Assembly: GCA_965153285.1 (NCBI GenBank)
Contig: OZ229110.1
DNA from: Podarcis tiliguerta
Lineage: Eukaryota
Direction: 5' to 3' (one strand)
DNA: 64,000 nucleotides
The notes beneath the pieces are model-generated. The model did not search any database, was not told where the DNA came from, and saw nothing but the letters and a program-made list of their open reading frames with translations. Shown here one piece after another: positions 1-13,630 of this stretch. A program made the position numbers and the translations under genes. How positions within the stretch are numbered: the stretch's first letter is position 1; each line of letters opens with the position of its first letter.

Positions 1-112
1 CATTGCCAGATTTCTAAAGGGGAAGGAACTAGCCTGAGAACTAGGAATTTTCCCCAAACCATTAAAATCTTTTTTTATTTTAATAGTACATACCATCACA
101 CTTTTGCATTTG

Positions 113-114
<2 letters not shown>

Positions 115-186
<72 letters not shown>
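115..186. repeat. (TC)n(AC)n compound microsatellite
   Basis: Visible dinucleotide runs. Confidence 0.95.
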
Positions 187-188
<2 letters not shown>

Positions 189-528
189 TTAACTGTTGCA
201 GACATTTGCCAGTGTAACTTGTTTCATCCATATTCTTCAGCATGGCTTCTTATATACTAAGCTGCTGCTGGCCTAACTCCTTCATTAATCAGTTGCTTTA
301 ACTGGCATACAGCTACCCTGAGGAAAGATGCAAAAGTTTTGCTTCAGATGCTGTGAAATGCATAGGATGTTGATTGCTTGGTGTGTTCTGTTCCCCTGGT
401 GTCTTGAATGTCTGAATCCTATCTTGGAATCCTTGTGGTTCATTTCACCATGTAGATTTTCATGCTCATAACTTTCCACTAATGATTTCTTTCTTTCTGA
501 CAATATGGCAAATTGATGGAAAATTATT

Positions 529-900
529 GTAAAGGTAAAAAGGTGAAGGACCCCTGGACGGTTAAGCCAGTCAAAGGTGACTATGGGGTGCCGCAGTCAT
601 CTCACTTTCAGGCTGAGGGAGCAAGCATTTGTCCGCAGACAGCTTTCCAGGTCTTGTGGCCAGCATGACTAAACTGCTTCTGGTGCAGTTGGAAGCCAGA
701 GCACATGGAAAAGCTGTTTACCTTTCTGCCGCAGCAGTACATATTTATCTACTTGCACTGGCGTGCTTTCAAACTGCTAGGTTGGCAGGAGCTGGAAGAG
801 CCAACGGGAGCTCATCCCGTCACAGGGATTTGAACCCCCAGCCTTCTGATTGGCAAGCCCAAGAGGCTCAGTGGTTTCGACCACAGCGCCACCTGCGTCC
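529..900 (-). mobile_element. Sauria SINE, near full length, diverged
   Basis: Tail reads (GGTAAA)n on + = (ACCTTT)n on -; core TGTGGCCAGCATGACTAA...TATTTATCTACTTGCAC; reverse-complement tRNA-like head ending CACAGCGCCACCTGCGTCC. Confidence 0.85.
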
Positions 901-1138
901 TGCCTGAAAATTATTGTGGAAATGGCTGTTTCATTTATAAAGTGGTCTGTTGATGGGTGTTTCAGACTCATAACTCTTGTAGCGTAAGTCTTGAGTTCAG
1001 CGTTCATGATTTTTGCTCTTCTTAATTTTATATTTGAGCTTATTGATGTTTGGTCGTCAGTACTGTACAGTTATTCCCATTTTATTTTATTTTCTCCTGA
1101 AACCTTGAATTTATCTATAATTTCTCCCCTTTTTGCAG

Positions 1139-1584
1139 TCTGATAGCCACTACTCCAGTCATTCAAGCAGCAACACGCTGTCCAGCAATGCATCCAGTGT
1201 CCATAGTGAGGAGAAGTGGTATGACAGTGGAGATAGGACTGAGTCAGAGCTGAATAGCTACAACTATCTTCAAGGTACTTCTGCTGACAGTGGCATTGAT
1301 ACCACCTCCTATGGCCCCAGCCATGGCAGCACAGCCTCCCTGGGCAACTCGGCAACATCTCCCCGATCAGGACTTGTAAAAGAGAAAGTGGCACCACTAT
1401 GGCACAGTTCCAGTGAAGTAGTCTCTATTGCAGACCGGACTTTAGAAAAAGACAGCCACATGATGGACAGGAAGACAGAGTCTTCGTTAAGCTTGGACAT
1501 TCATACCAAAAGCCAACCAGCCTCCAACCCTTTAACAAGAGAGAACAGTGCTTTTAGCCTTAGTGATGCCGTTTCCCATACAAG
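1139..1584 (+). CDS. SIPA1L1: SIPA1L1 (SPAR, Rap GAP) internal coding exon [20 protein letters not shown]...DAVSHT; includes the DSGIDT degron (1286-1303)
   Basis: Polypyrimidine tract + CAG acceptor at 1138; AG|GTAATA donor, phase 2; translation matches remembered mammalian SIPA1L1. Confidence 0.95.
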
Positions 1585-2198
1585 GTAATAATCTTTAAAA
1601 TGATGATTGGTGTCTCTAGATCTTTCTAGCAGACATGGGGGGTGAGTGCTATGGATAATGACATACCTGTGATTCTTGGCAGCCCAGCAGTTTGAAAAGA
1701 GGCACAATGTGGAGAGTTTGGAAATAGGAAGCAAGTTTAATATTTCCATATGTGGATGGAGATTGCTTTCCTTTATTGTAGGGGGGTCTTGGAACACATG
1801 GGAATCTGGATCTGAGCATGGCAGAAATATACATTATGTTACAGTGTACAGAATGTTGCAGATGTACAAGGCTTGTGCGAATATGATGCTCTTGATCTCT
1901 TAACCATAGCTTCAGTGATTGGGAATAGGTTACAGGATTGTCTGTTCTGTTTCCTTTCCAGCTCATCTCCTTCCTTCTCTCTGTCCCTCTCTCTCTCCCT
2001 CACACACATACACCACATAAAATTTAAGGCTAGTGTATATTACTTTACATCCAGGTATGGGACCTGAATGTGTAAAGTCTACAGAATCCTGGGATCTTTC
2101 TAAAGGAACTTCAGACTTGCACTACAGAGCTACTGGTTCACACATAATGCTTTAACCATGGTCTATGAGCTGGAATGAGTACAAGCAAAGCCTTAGGC

Positions 2199-2312
2199 CA
2201 GGATTTCCCAAACTTGGGTCTCTAGTTGTTTTCAGACCACAATTTCTATCATCCCTGACCACTGGTCCTGAGAGCTTGGGATGATGGGAGTTGTAGTCCA
2301 AAAACAGCAGGA
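2199..2312. mobile_element. Palindromic squamate MITE; related copies near 12655-12801, 14070-14175, 20950-21055, 23144-23272, 32933-33068, 53375-53465
   Basis: Inverted arms ...ACAATTTCTATCATCCC / GGGATGATGGGAGTTGTAGTCC; several diverged copies in the window. Confidence 0.6.
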
Positions 2313-4460
2313 TGAGGGAGATAAGATAGATAAACAAGCAGCTTCAGTTTCACATTAAACTCCAGTGTGGATGAGACCTATGTTTCTAGCATTTATATAA
2401 CATGAGAGATGAGGCAAAAATGTGCAGACAGGCTCCTGCTCATTTGTTTTGTGAGAAACTAGCTTTTTAAAAATTCGGAGTATTAATACACCCACCCAAA
2501 CCCATAAATATTTCCATGGATGTCCATGACTTTATTTGGACAAAATGAATAACACTTGTAGAGGCGAGAGGGGCTTCCACTTTGGTTTGATTGTTCTGTT
2601 AGAAAGCTAGCTATGATAAGGATAGATGCATCACCTAATAATGTAAATAGCCTTTCCTTCAACATACCAACTTTTTTCAAACAGGATTAGCATTCCTCAA
2701 CACACCAATTATCTTGTCATTTCTCTATGGATATTAAGATTGCTGCCATTCAAACAGAGTGCTTCTTAATGTAGAAATTTCTATATCTATTTATATCTAT
2801 ACATTAATATCTACTCATATATACTTGTCCTCTTAATTTTATTATCTTAAGAAGCTGGCTTGCAGACTGGTGCAGTGTTCGTTGCCTTTTCAACCTAGCC
2901 TTTTTTGTGGGAATTTGTCAGTCTGATGACTTCACCCTCTTCAATTGCATGTTGAGAAAAAGATTCATCACATGGTGATCTGTCTGAATCTTTTCTTCAA
3001 TTTCTGAAATCTTAGAACTAGCATCTATAGCATTAGACAACCATCCATTTTGTAAAACAGTGATTCACCTCTGATAAGATCTCTTCTTCCCCCGCCCCCC
3101 ATCTTGAATTTTAGATGTAGAGAAGGCCTTAATGTACATTTAAAACACAGGCTTAAACACTGACGGTGTTGCTGAATTTATGTCACCAACACAGTGTTCT
3201 GCAGCACAAACACTCAGCATTTGAAATGATGGTTTCTTCAGGCCATTTATCTTTTCCATCATCTTATCTGCTTTTTCTAGGGAATAAATAGGAAACAACA
3301 TTTGTTGCAAGCATTTGTAATATATGGTGGCTTCTCAAGTTTATTTAGTTTTGCTATATAGTAGGCAAGGTCATTTATCATTGTTGTGTAAAGCTAGCAT
3401 TCTCGAGTAGTTACCAAGTAGTTTAGAACCCTTTAAACAGGATGATGTAAAAAATAATAATAATAAGGCTGCAATCCTATTTAAAATCTGATAGCATGTG
3501 TCATTGAACTCATTGGGGCTTGCTTTTGAGTAGACATCTATAGGATTGTTCTGTAAATATTGATAGGGCCATTGTTTAAGTGAAGGACAGCCCAGGAAGC
3601 AATGTGTATAATGGGAAAGAGCACTTGCCCATTTGGAGCTGTGAAAAGATGTGAAACCGCCAGGCAGCTTCTCTGTAAACTGGTTAGTGCATTGCAAAGA
3701 CCTGCCTTCACAACACAACCTTGGCATGATGTAATGATGTAGAAAAGCTGTTCGCTCCCTTATCAATTCCAGTGTTTGAATAGGCAGTATTGGAGTGCAT
3801 TTCAGTTTGGAAGAACATGCTGTTTCTTAAGAGTCGCAGAAGAAGCAAAATCTTTTAGACCTGGCCTGACCTCAGAGCAACAAAGCAAATCAGTCAGTGG
3901 AAAACTGGGAGTCTAAGATAACAGCAGAATAAATCAGAATGAGTAATTTCTTAGAGCAGTTTCTCACATTATAGTTTTTGCTCAGGGAAGTCCTCTCTTA
4001 CATCCCTCCATATGGGAATATGTTACCACGCAGTGGATTTATGTCTGGATTCTTAAAAGCCAAATGGAGGCTGAATAACATGAGAGTGTCCTAGCGTGCT
4101 GTACCAGTCTTGCACATAAAGACACACCAAATCCGTCCCACATCACAGTTTTGCTACAGGAACAAACACGATGAGAGAAAACTAGTTAGTCTGCAGAGTC
4201 ATTTCTCTCTCTCATTAAGTTTGATGCAAGGGATGGATTAGGGATGGGTGGGTCTCCTGATAGGTAACTAAGTTGTGTAGTTAATCTTTCTGTGCCTCTA
4301 ATTTAACAGGGTGAATGATTTGTTTTCCAGCTATGGTGTTTTTGTTTTTTTAAGGCAGCAAAGGTATCTGCCCAGCATGACAAAATGCAGCTTTGAAATT
4401 AATTGCACGTGATGTCAGCATGTACACATAAGCTTTGTCTTTGTTATGCTTCTCTCCCAG

Positions 4461-4697
4461 TACCATGAGTTCCCGACACTCTGCCAGTCCCGTTGTTTTC
4501 ACCAGTGCCAGAAGTTCACCCAAAGAAGAGCTTCATTCTGCCACTTCACCACAGCTTGCACCTTCTTTCTCCTCCTCTTCCTCCTCCTCTGGTCCTAGGA
4601 CTTTCTACCCACGCCAGGGTGCTACTAGCAAGTACTTGATTGGATGGAAAAAACCTGAGGGGACAATAAACTCTGTGGGGTTTATGGATTCCAGAAA
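4461..4697 (+). CDS. SIPA1L1: SIPA1L1 coding exon (S)[13 protein letters not shown]...GFMDSR(K)
   Basis: TCTCTCCCAG acceptor; AA|GTAAGA donor; phases join both neighbouring exons in frame. Confidence 0.95.
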
Positions 4698-6224
4698 GTA
4701 AGAGCATTTTTTGTTCTGTTCTGGTGGGTGCTAATTTTCAACATGAAGAGGCCTCTAAAATGTATAGTAATTTGATACATTATGGGAGGAAACTCTTTTA
4801 AGGGGCAGTACAGTGATTTAAGCTCTTAAACTCATCTAAGAATTCTATGGAGATTATTAGAGTGTTCAAATAACTGAAGTAAAATGGTTTAATTTAATGA
4901 ATTTTAAAACTCTTGTTCTATCTCTTCAATTGCACATTTAATCCTATGGCAGGATGTTTTAATTGAACTGAAAAATACCAAAAATTCTCCAGTAGTGTTT
5001 AGGATCCTCCAACTGCAGTTTTTAAATGTATTGAGTGGAGGAGCTTTAGAAAAAGTGTTTAGAAAAAGTGGCTTTGGTAATAGAAACTGAACTGCAGCAC
5101 AAAGTGTTTCAAGTCAAGTTAATCAGCAGTCCCCCCCAATATTGCCTTGGTGTGTCTTAGCCATTTTGTATGGTTACCACCAATCATCTCTCTATGCCGA
5201 GAGCTTAAATTAGAGTTGAGTCTTATCTCGTGTGTGCTAGGATATGGGAAAGGTAAGAAAGAGTGGGAGGGAGCCTGTTATTCCTAATTTTCTCCAAACC
5301 ACAACATAAAGCACCAGGAGAATCTGTGTCCTGCTGGCCATCCTACTCATCAGAGCTGGTGAGTGGATTTGTGGACAACTCTTACTGGTGAAAAAGAAAC
5401 TCCCCACCCCCCTGCTAATAATGCCAATAATCCTTCAACTGAGTGCCAGTGGGAATACTGGGGGCCAGTGGGGAGACTGCAACAACAAGGTTTTGCAAAT
5501 ATGGGCTTTCAAAGATGATCTGAATAGGGTTTTCTCCTTTTGTACTATTTCAAAAGGATTTGCCAATTAGGTTTTTAGCTATTGTGGAAAAAGAGCCGCT
5601 CTTTTATGCCAAGAACTGGTGCTATGTCGAGAACCGAGATCACAATTGAAGAGTCAGGATGAGGGCTCATGCAGCAGAGTGCCATCATGGGTAAAATGAA
5701 AGTAAGGTCAAAGGTTAATCACATTCCAAGTCGTAAAGCATTACAGGGAGGGCAGACTAGGTTACAGATTGACTAAAAAGGGCTTGAATACAGGTAGTAG
5801 TGTTAAGACTGTTCTCAAGAAGGCATGTGATTTGGATGCTGAAATGGTACTATGGCGGGACAGAGCAAAACCAAAGCAAAGGGAATGATAGCAGCAAAGC
5901 CTCTTAGACATCTCTTTGATAATCATACAGCTTCACATTAGCCAGTAAGGTCTGGTGTCAGTTGCCTTAACTGTGGTTATACAGTGGCGATGCGGTCAGC
6001 CTTTCTGCTATTAGGATGAGCTTCTTATAGAGATATGGAAAAGCCAATGTACCTAACAGGTTTATTCCTTTAAACAGGCATTCCTATACAACTTTTCTCA
6101 GTCCCTCTCCCCATCCAAGTGCCCACCTTCTATGCAAACATTTTCTCTGAATAACTGGAGGGTGCTGCAAAGGTCTGGCCCCAAGGGCTTGGATTCCTAA
6201 GTGTTTATCTTCCTTCCTTTAAAG

Positions 6225-6390
6225 GCGTCACCAAAGCGATGGCAATGAAATGGCACATCCTCGGTTGCGTGCATCAGCCAGAGATCTTCGTGCCTCACCA
6301 AAGCGAGCATCTAAGTCAAATATCGAGGAAGAGCTGAAGAAGCTAATAGATCTAGACAGCCCGACACCAGAGTCTCAGAAAAACTTTAAG
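6225..6390 (+). CDS. SIPA1L1: SIPA1L1 coding exon [17 protein letters not shown]...PESQKNFK
   Basis: TTCCTTTAAAG acceptor; AAG|GTAGGT donor, phase 0. Confidence 0.95.
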
Positions 6391-8839
6391 GTAGGTGTTA
6401 CAGAATGGTATCATCACCTTCCTGCTGAGAAGAGGATGTCAAGGCCAGCCAGCAGCAGCTGCTGCAGTTGGTGTGAAAGAGCAGGTTTCCCGCAGTCCTG
6501 TGACTGCTGAGCTTATCTCTTTTTATGATTAAGTATAAACAACTGTGGGAGTCATGGTGCGCAATAAAAGCTACAACTGTCAGTTACCTTTCCCATACAT
6601 TAACTTGCATTTCCTGTAAATAATTGATCAGTGGGTTCTGAGTGTAATGGCCAGGGTGTTAACTTGATTTGGCCACAGAGATTCCCTTAATTTTCTTGAA
6701 GGGCTTCTGATTGCTTTCTCAGACTCGGTTCCTGATCTTACATGGCATGGTAGTAGCGTATCTTAAGAACTACTTTCTCCCAACTGCATTCCTATGTGCC
6801 TAGAGATTTGCCAGGGTGTGTCTGCTTTTGTGCTCCTCAGGGTGGGTTGAGCCACAAGGAATAGGGCATCTTTTGTGTTTTGTGAAACAAAATCTCCAGA
6901 GAAGCCCACCGAGTTTATTCTCATTTGGCCTTAATGGAGATGCCCTTTTCGGCAACCCTTTCCAAACCCGCTGTATTTCTAGAGAATGGATTTATGTGAA
7001 CTGCTGGTTATTTTTCTTCAGTGGCTTTATGTTTATTTGCATATTTCTGAAAAGTGCAAGGCTGAGTAAAACACTAAATCTGAAAGTTTCTGAATATCTG
7101 CTAGATTATAAAATGCTACTGTGGTTCAACACCAGACAGAGTAGGGAAGGAGATGAATGCTTTCTGTTTTAAAGAGCTTTCGTGGTATCTCACATTACAG
7201 CATCTTATGGAAACCTTTTACAGCCTGATCTGTGGTCAGATGAATGGTACAGAGCTTCTGACAGGGTGTGAATTTTCTTCATGAATTACAACATTGCCAC
7301 TGGCCTCCTTTGGTTCTTGGGGAGTTTTAGTTAGGGAAGGTTTCAATATACTGCATTAGCAGGTGCCACAATTGCACCTCATAGTTCTGCATGCAGCCTT
7401 TTATCAGAAGGAGGTATCGCTTGCTGAAAAGCCACTAGTGCTAATGGAATGTTTTCTTCCAAAGGCCTCCTTCGTTCAGTTGAGTGGCTCTTCCACTTTT
7501 CTGATCAGAGCTCTTGAGTAATGGCATGCTTGGAGTGAGCAGAACTTTTCTACTGAACCCATGCCTCGTTTCGTGAGGGCCAAAATTGCTTCCCAAACTT
7601 TAAAACACTTGAAATAAATCCACCCAGAACAATTCCTTAAGGTTTCACCCAGAAGTACTAATGACTTAACCATCTTTAAACATCCAATGAATAATCTTGA
7701 AGAAAGAGCCTTGATTTCTAAGGCCTCTGTGCTGAAAGCCACTGCTTAACATTTCAAGCTTGTCAGAGACTAAATGGTTTCCACAGCAACCATGCAAAAG
7801 AGGGCACTCGCAACTTCTTTCTTTGCTTGTCAAAACCCAAAGAGGCTTATTAAAACTTGTAAGTATGAGGTTCCATATACAGATGATTTTTCAGTGTTGT
7901 CTTTGAGGCTGGAGCAAAGGCAAATTGCCACAGGCAAGTATTCCCCCCGCCCCACTGCCTGCTGGCATTTTGAGGGGAGAGATGAACAACTTTCTCATGA
8001 CTCGTCAGACAAGGATGTTCTCTTTTCGCAAAATTGCTAATCATTTAAATGATTGATTGTCCTAGTAGCTGTTAGTACATGTCTCTTGTGGAACTCCTTA
8101 TGATCAATGGAGTCTGCTCTCTCTCAAATTATGTTCCTCATTTAGACGGTAGTCAGTAGTTTAAACAAATAACCTGCCAAAATTCATGAATCCTGATACC
8201 AGTGTTACTATTACTGCCTATTCTCTTTATTTAAAAAATCTTCTGAGTAGACAAGGGCATTAAGATAGCTCTTCCCTAACTCCTTGAAAGAGTTCATTAC
8301 GAGCACTTACATTCTCTTTGTTCAAGATTAGCTGTTTTCTGAGGGGATGCTTCTTTCTTTCTTAGCCTCTCTTTTATATAATTTCCTTCACTTTCCTGCT
8401 GTCAGAAGAAGGGGAAGGGCCATGTTGCTGAGTCCCTGCAGTGTGACTCCTCTTCTTTTGGCAAAGTGCTTCCAGTCCAAGAGAAGAACTTGTGCTACAA
8501 CACCCACTCCGCCGCGTCCTAAAATTGCACTTTTCACCAATGATCAAAGAAAAAGTTTGTGAAGCTCCGCCCCCCCCCCAAATCCCCACGTTTGTCTCAG
8601 GCACATTTCATTAGGTGGGGATTTTTTAAAATCCAAGTATGCAATAGTCATATCGTTCAGCATCTGCAGCGTAAAGTGAGGTCTGGTCCAGAAAGAGTTT
8701 CACCTCTTTGATAAGTTGTTTGTCTACCAAGCTTCTGAGTTACCACCATGCCTGAACAACTACAGAACCTTTGGCAGAAGACATGCAGTAGCAGAGTGGG
8801 CTTGCTCTTTCTCTCTCTAAAGATACTCATATTCATTGG

Positions 8840-8968
8840 TACAGTGGTAGAGTAGCTGCCTTGAGACCCTTGCCTGAAACCCTGGAGACCCACTGCCAGC
8901 CATTGAAGACCATACCAACCTAGATGGACCAATGTTCTTGATTCTGTATAAAGCATCTTCCTATGTTT
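8840..8968 (+). mobile_element. tRNA-derived SINE fragment (Squam3-like); related pieces near 21055-21365, 26395-26540, 30450-30620, 35060-35190
   Basis: Shared motif CCTGAAACCCTGGAGA..CACTGCCAG..GAC.ATAC....CTAGATGGACCAATG and tail GCATCTTCCTATGTT. Confidence 0.5.
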
Positions 8969-8971
8969 GAG

Positions 8972-9037
8972 GTTTCTTCTCTTCTCTTCTCTTCTCTTCT
9001 CTTCTCTTCTCTTCTCTTTTCTTTTCTCCTCTCTTCT
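8972..9037. repeat. (TCTTC)n microsatellite
   Basis: Visible pentamer run. Confidence 0.9.
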
Positions 9038-10747
9038 CATAAACAAGCCATACAGGAGCAACTCACTTCAGGGATGAGTACTTCTGCCCTGGGGACCAGG
9101 TACAGCCCTCCCAGCAAATTTAATGTCCCCCCACCCCAATGGCCCCAGCAATTTTGGCAGCAGTAGAAGGAAATGAGAAAAAGTATGCAGTCAGAGCATT
9201 GGAGTAGGTAGAGAACTTTTAAACCTCTCTGTGAAGCCCTGAAAGGCATGCAGATTGACCCCTCCCTACTCATCAGATTAATCTTAATGAATGGAGAGGT
9301 GGCAATAACTCCCCCAGCAACTGAGGAAGGGAACTGTGTGCATCTGTCCTGGGTGTGGAAGTGAGAAAGTGTTGGTGGCACGCAGCTCTCAGACAAAAGA
9401 AGAAGTTTGGCTTTTATCCACAACAACTCTTGGATAACTTTTGTACATACAAAAATACAGAATGTAAGGATTCAAAAAAAAATCCTGCAGGAGAAATAAT
9501 TAATAAGCTTCTGATTTGGAGGCTAATTCTATTTTGGCACACTGCTATCCCACCCTTCTGGTGCCTGCACGCCACCCAGTAATTCCTGCTACAACCTCAC
9601 TATGCAGTGCTTGCAGCCAATCAGTGATGATGATTGAGAGATTTGGGACTGGGGAGATTGGGGAGATAAGGGACTAAGGGAGACCTATGCATTGTTTACC
9701 ATGCAGATGTAAGAGCCATTCCTTCCACATCTTCTCTGTATAGGAGGAATATTGCTGAATTGATAGATTCTCTTCAGCACTGTGTTGAAAGTTTATTGTA
9801 TAATAAAATAGAAAATGCAGGAAGTAGAAGAAATGAGAATTGCTTTTTCCGTCTGAGGGGCCTTCTAGATGATGTTTGTGTGCAGTAAAGGCACAGGTGC
9901 TACTCATTTATTGCAGTGGATCCACCGAGCAACTTACACGGGTTAATGATTTCTGTTTCTTGGAGATGTTTACCTAGCACTCTGGCCATGATATTTCATT
10001 GTTGAGAAAATCAGCCTTTCCAACCTTGCCGCTCTCAGCACCCAACAAACATTGTTTGGTGGAACGTGGTTGTGTGAGCACTCAAGTGCAGGAATGTTCA
10101 GTGACCCCTTTAAAAAGCAACAGGCAGGCAGGCAGGCTTACCCTCCAACACACATATCGGTCATAATGAACGTTGTGCTTTCTAAAATGTATTTCATTCT
10201 TTGGAGGATGGATGCAGCGCTAGAACATGTATCTCCCTGAAGTTCAGAAAATGTCAAGCAGCCACCAAGCATGCCTGATCGCTTTTTGTTACGTGAGAGC
10301 AGGTTATCGTGTTATTAGCACAGACAGGAGAATACCACTAAGAATATTGATTTTACAATTCAGGATAGGCCTTTAGTCCTTTTCGGCACATGCTTACTTA
10401 AAATTAGTCCAGTGTACACCCAGATATGTTTTTCCGCGTTGTAGCTGTGGGTATAAATGCCTTTGGGATGCAGACACGTGTAACCTTTGAATCAGTACAG
10501 GTTAACTACAATTTTCTGTGCACCCGTTCTGAAAGACCTGAAAGGGACGAAATGTTATACTGGAACTGGTTCTCACTTTTAAAGGAACATTCTAAAATCA
10601 CCTTATTATTACATGTTGTTGTCATTAATATGCCACCCATCTGACTAGGTTATCCAAGCCACTCTGGGTGGCTTCCAACAACTTAAAAAACACCATGCGC
10701 TTTTGACATGTACTACTGGCAGTTATCGCTCCTTTCTCTTCTTCCAG

Positions 10748-10970
10748 TCTCCGTTCCCCAGCACTCCTACCTCAAGGCGTGCGTTGCAGAGGACTCTGTC
10801 AGATGAGAGCATTTACAGCAGTCAAAGGGAACACTTCTTCCCCTCACGAGCTTCTCTTCTAGACCAAGCCCTGCCAAATGATGTCCTTTTCACCAGCACA
10901 TATCCTTCTCTGCCCAAGTCATTACCATTAAGAAGGCCGTCGTACACATTAGGAATGAAATCCTTACACG
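10748..10970 (+). CDS. SIPA1L1: SIPA1L1 coding exon [21 protein letters not shown]...GMKSLH(G)
   Basis: CTTCTTCCAG acceptor at 10747 is the AG in phase with the 6390 donor; G|GTGAGT donor. Confidence 0.92.
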
Positions 10971-11669
10971 GTGAGTATGCTTCCAACTTCAGTATTATTG
11001 TGAAAGTGCCGTGCGTTGATTCATCCGGCAGCCTGCTCTGTCCTGAGAACTCGGAATAAGTAAGCCTCTTTCACACCAACCATGCTTTTGTGCTTAGAGA
11101 TGGGTTCAAAGGTATGTTCCTGCCTTATGTAAGCTTGAAACGTGAATATTGCAGTGTATGGTGCTGCCCTTGATGGTTCAAAAGCTACAACTGATACAGA
11201 ATATAAGACCTGCTTTTGAAGAGGGTAGTCATTCCTGGCTTTTTATGCCAGTGCCTCCAGCATCCACTTGACTCTCGAGCATAATTTAAGGTGATTGTTT
11301 TGGCCTATAAAGCTTTATGTGGCTTTATCTTAGAAACTTAGACCTATCTTAGACATATCGTAGAAACTCTTCAGACCAAGAACAATCTTTAAAATCAGTG
11401 GTATGTTCCTTTTTCACCGTACCACCGATATGCCAAGTCAGAGCAGCAATGGCACAAAGAATGGCTGGACCTATTAGTTTAATCTGGCCTATAATGCTCA
11501 GTTACCTTCCTTTTCACTTTTGAATAACCTCCATGTGGATCTGAAGCTGTGGAAATTCAAGAAGAAAATTGTTTCTTTAGAATATTCTCTCAGCTGAATT
11601 TCAGTGTTGTTAGCTTTTCCTGATTTCTGCTTTTAATTGTGTGTTTGTCTATGTTCTTTGTTGCTTCAG

Positions 11670-11816
11670 GAGAGTTCTCTGCCTCTGACAGCTCCCTCAC
11701 AGATATCCAGGATCAGAGAAGGCAGCCCATGCCAGATCCTGGTCTCATGCCTCTGCCCGATTCTGCTTCTGACCTAGACTGGTCAAACTTGGTAGATGCT
11801 GCCAAAGCCTTTGAGG
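11670..11816 (+). CDS. SIPA1L1: SIPA1L1 coding exon (G)[13 protein letters not shown]...[13 protein letters not shown]
   Basis: TTGCTTCAG acceptor; GAGG|GTAGGT donor; SPAR C-terminal motif [11 protein letters not shown]. Confidence 0.95.
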
Positions 11817-12498
11817 GTAGGTCTTGGCAGGTTACTGCTTCAAAAGCTCTTACACCCTCTTTACAAATTTGTTTTAATTTGCCATGTCTTGCATAGGTTT
11901 TCCAGCTCTGAAACCCACGTTTCCTCTTCAGTTGCAATGACAATCTTACCTCACTTAACACTATTCCAGCGCAGTTTCTTTTTGCATTTCCCATTTTATC
12001 TGAAATGCAATAGGTGCTTTGCTGTCAAGCAGTGTTTTCAGTTCATCCTTATTTTGATTTGCAGATATCAAGGCTTAAATGTGCAGCCTTTTGCCACAGG
12101 GCCAGAAAGACTTTTAAAAAGGAATGTGGACCATTTAGTGATATAACTAGCATTTTCATCAGAAAAGGCTCCCAGAGCACCTTATACATGATCAATTATA
12201 ACAGGGTTGTTCCTGCAAGGAAGCTTAGAGTCTAGAATACATGACATAAAAAGAAAAAAATGAGGAGGAAAGAAGAAAACAAAATCAAGACACCACTTCA
12301 TATAGTCATTTCTGTAATGATTATCTGAAATGGAAACATTCTCAGAAGAGGATTCCAGTTCTTGACTTTGTTACAGGACATTCTTTTCCTTGTCTTCCTG
12401 TTTATTTTCATGTGAAAGAAGACTGCTATCTTCTGCTGCAAAAGAAAAAAATAATTATTTTGTGGCATGTGTTTGTGTGTGTGTGTCTCTCTCTCCAG

Positions 12499-12613
12499 TC
12501 CAGCGAGCCTCGTATTTTGCCACTAGTGATGAAAACCACAGACCTGTCAGTGTTGCTTCCAACAGTGATCAAACCGAAGATCAGCTTCCTGCTCAGATGA
12601 AGCCTTACACTGG
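12499..12613 (+). CDS. SIPA1L1: SIPA1L1 coding exon (V)[15 protein letters not shown]...QMKPYT(G)
   Basis: CTCTCCAG acceptor; GG|GTATGT donor. Confidence 0.93.
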
Positions 12614-13630
12614 GTATGTAAAATGTTAAATGATGCTCGGCAGTTTATTCTAGGGAAGGAGTGAGGAATCTGCGACCATCCAGATGTTCTTTGACTCCAG
12701 CTTTCATCAGCCCCAGCCATCTTAGCCAATGACCAAGGATCATGGGTGTTGTGTGTAGGTAGTCCATCAACATCTGGAGGGTAACAGGTACCCCATCCCT
12801 GATAGAGAGGTTGAGTTCTAGGATCTGCTCATCAGCATTTCAAATAATCATTGTCTGGTTGATGGAGAAGACGGCATGTGTCGTATTATCATACGATAGC
12901 TATGGCAAGTAGCACACATTGCTTTAAAACTCTAGAAGAGGTCCACCTTTGAGAGAGTCCTCCTATGTTTTTAGATCAGTCTTTCCAGAAGGGGTATTAG
13001 AAACACGCAGTTGCTGTCATAGGATGCCAAACCAACCCAAAAGTCTATACAGCTGTTCCGAAACGTGTTGCTAAGGCTTCCCACAGACATAAACCCAGCC
13101 AGATGGGCAGGGTATAAATAATAAATTATTATTATTATTGTAACAGGTGGACCCTGGTTAGCACTAATCTTAATTTGGTGCCTTAACTTGGTTAACAAGA
13201 TGCAATAGGTTCAGAGCAAAGGAAATAACTGTTCCACACAGTGCATAATTAACCTGGCAAATTCACTGCTGCAGAATGTTGTGATGTCAACTAGCTTAGA
13301 TGTCTTTTAAAGAAGGAGAAATGTAGTGCTTGGTATCTGAATGGATCCTTCCTGGTCAGAACCATGGAAAAAGAAAGGGGCATATGCTTTTCTTGGTGGG
13401 GGTAGGGAATAGGTGGGTTGATATACCTTATGAAAACCAGCTCCTGAAGACAAACACCTGCGGAGGATGCCCTGCTCCATGGCTTCCAAGAAGTGCCTGA
13501 TAGGCTGGAACTAGAAATGAAATGTTGGCTTCAATTGACACTTGATCTGTTTCAATAGGGGCCTTGTGTTCTTACTGATTAACATCCTTTCCTTACCATG
13601 GGTTATATATGCAGATGTAACACTGATTTG

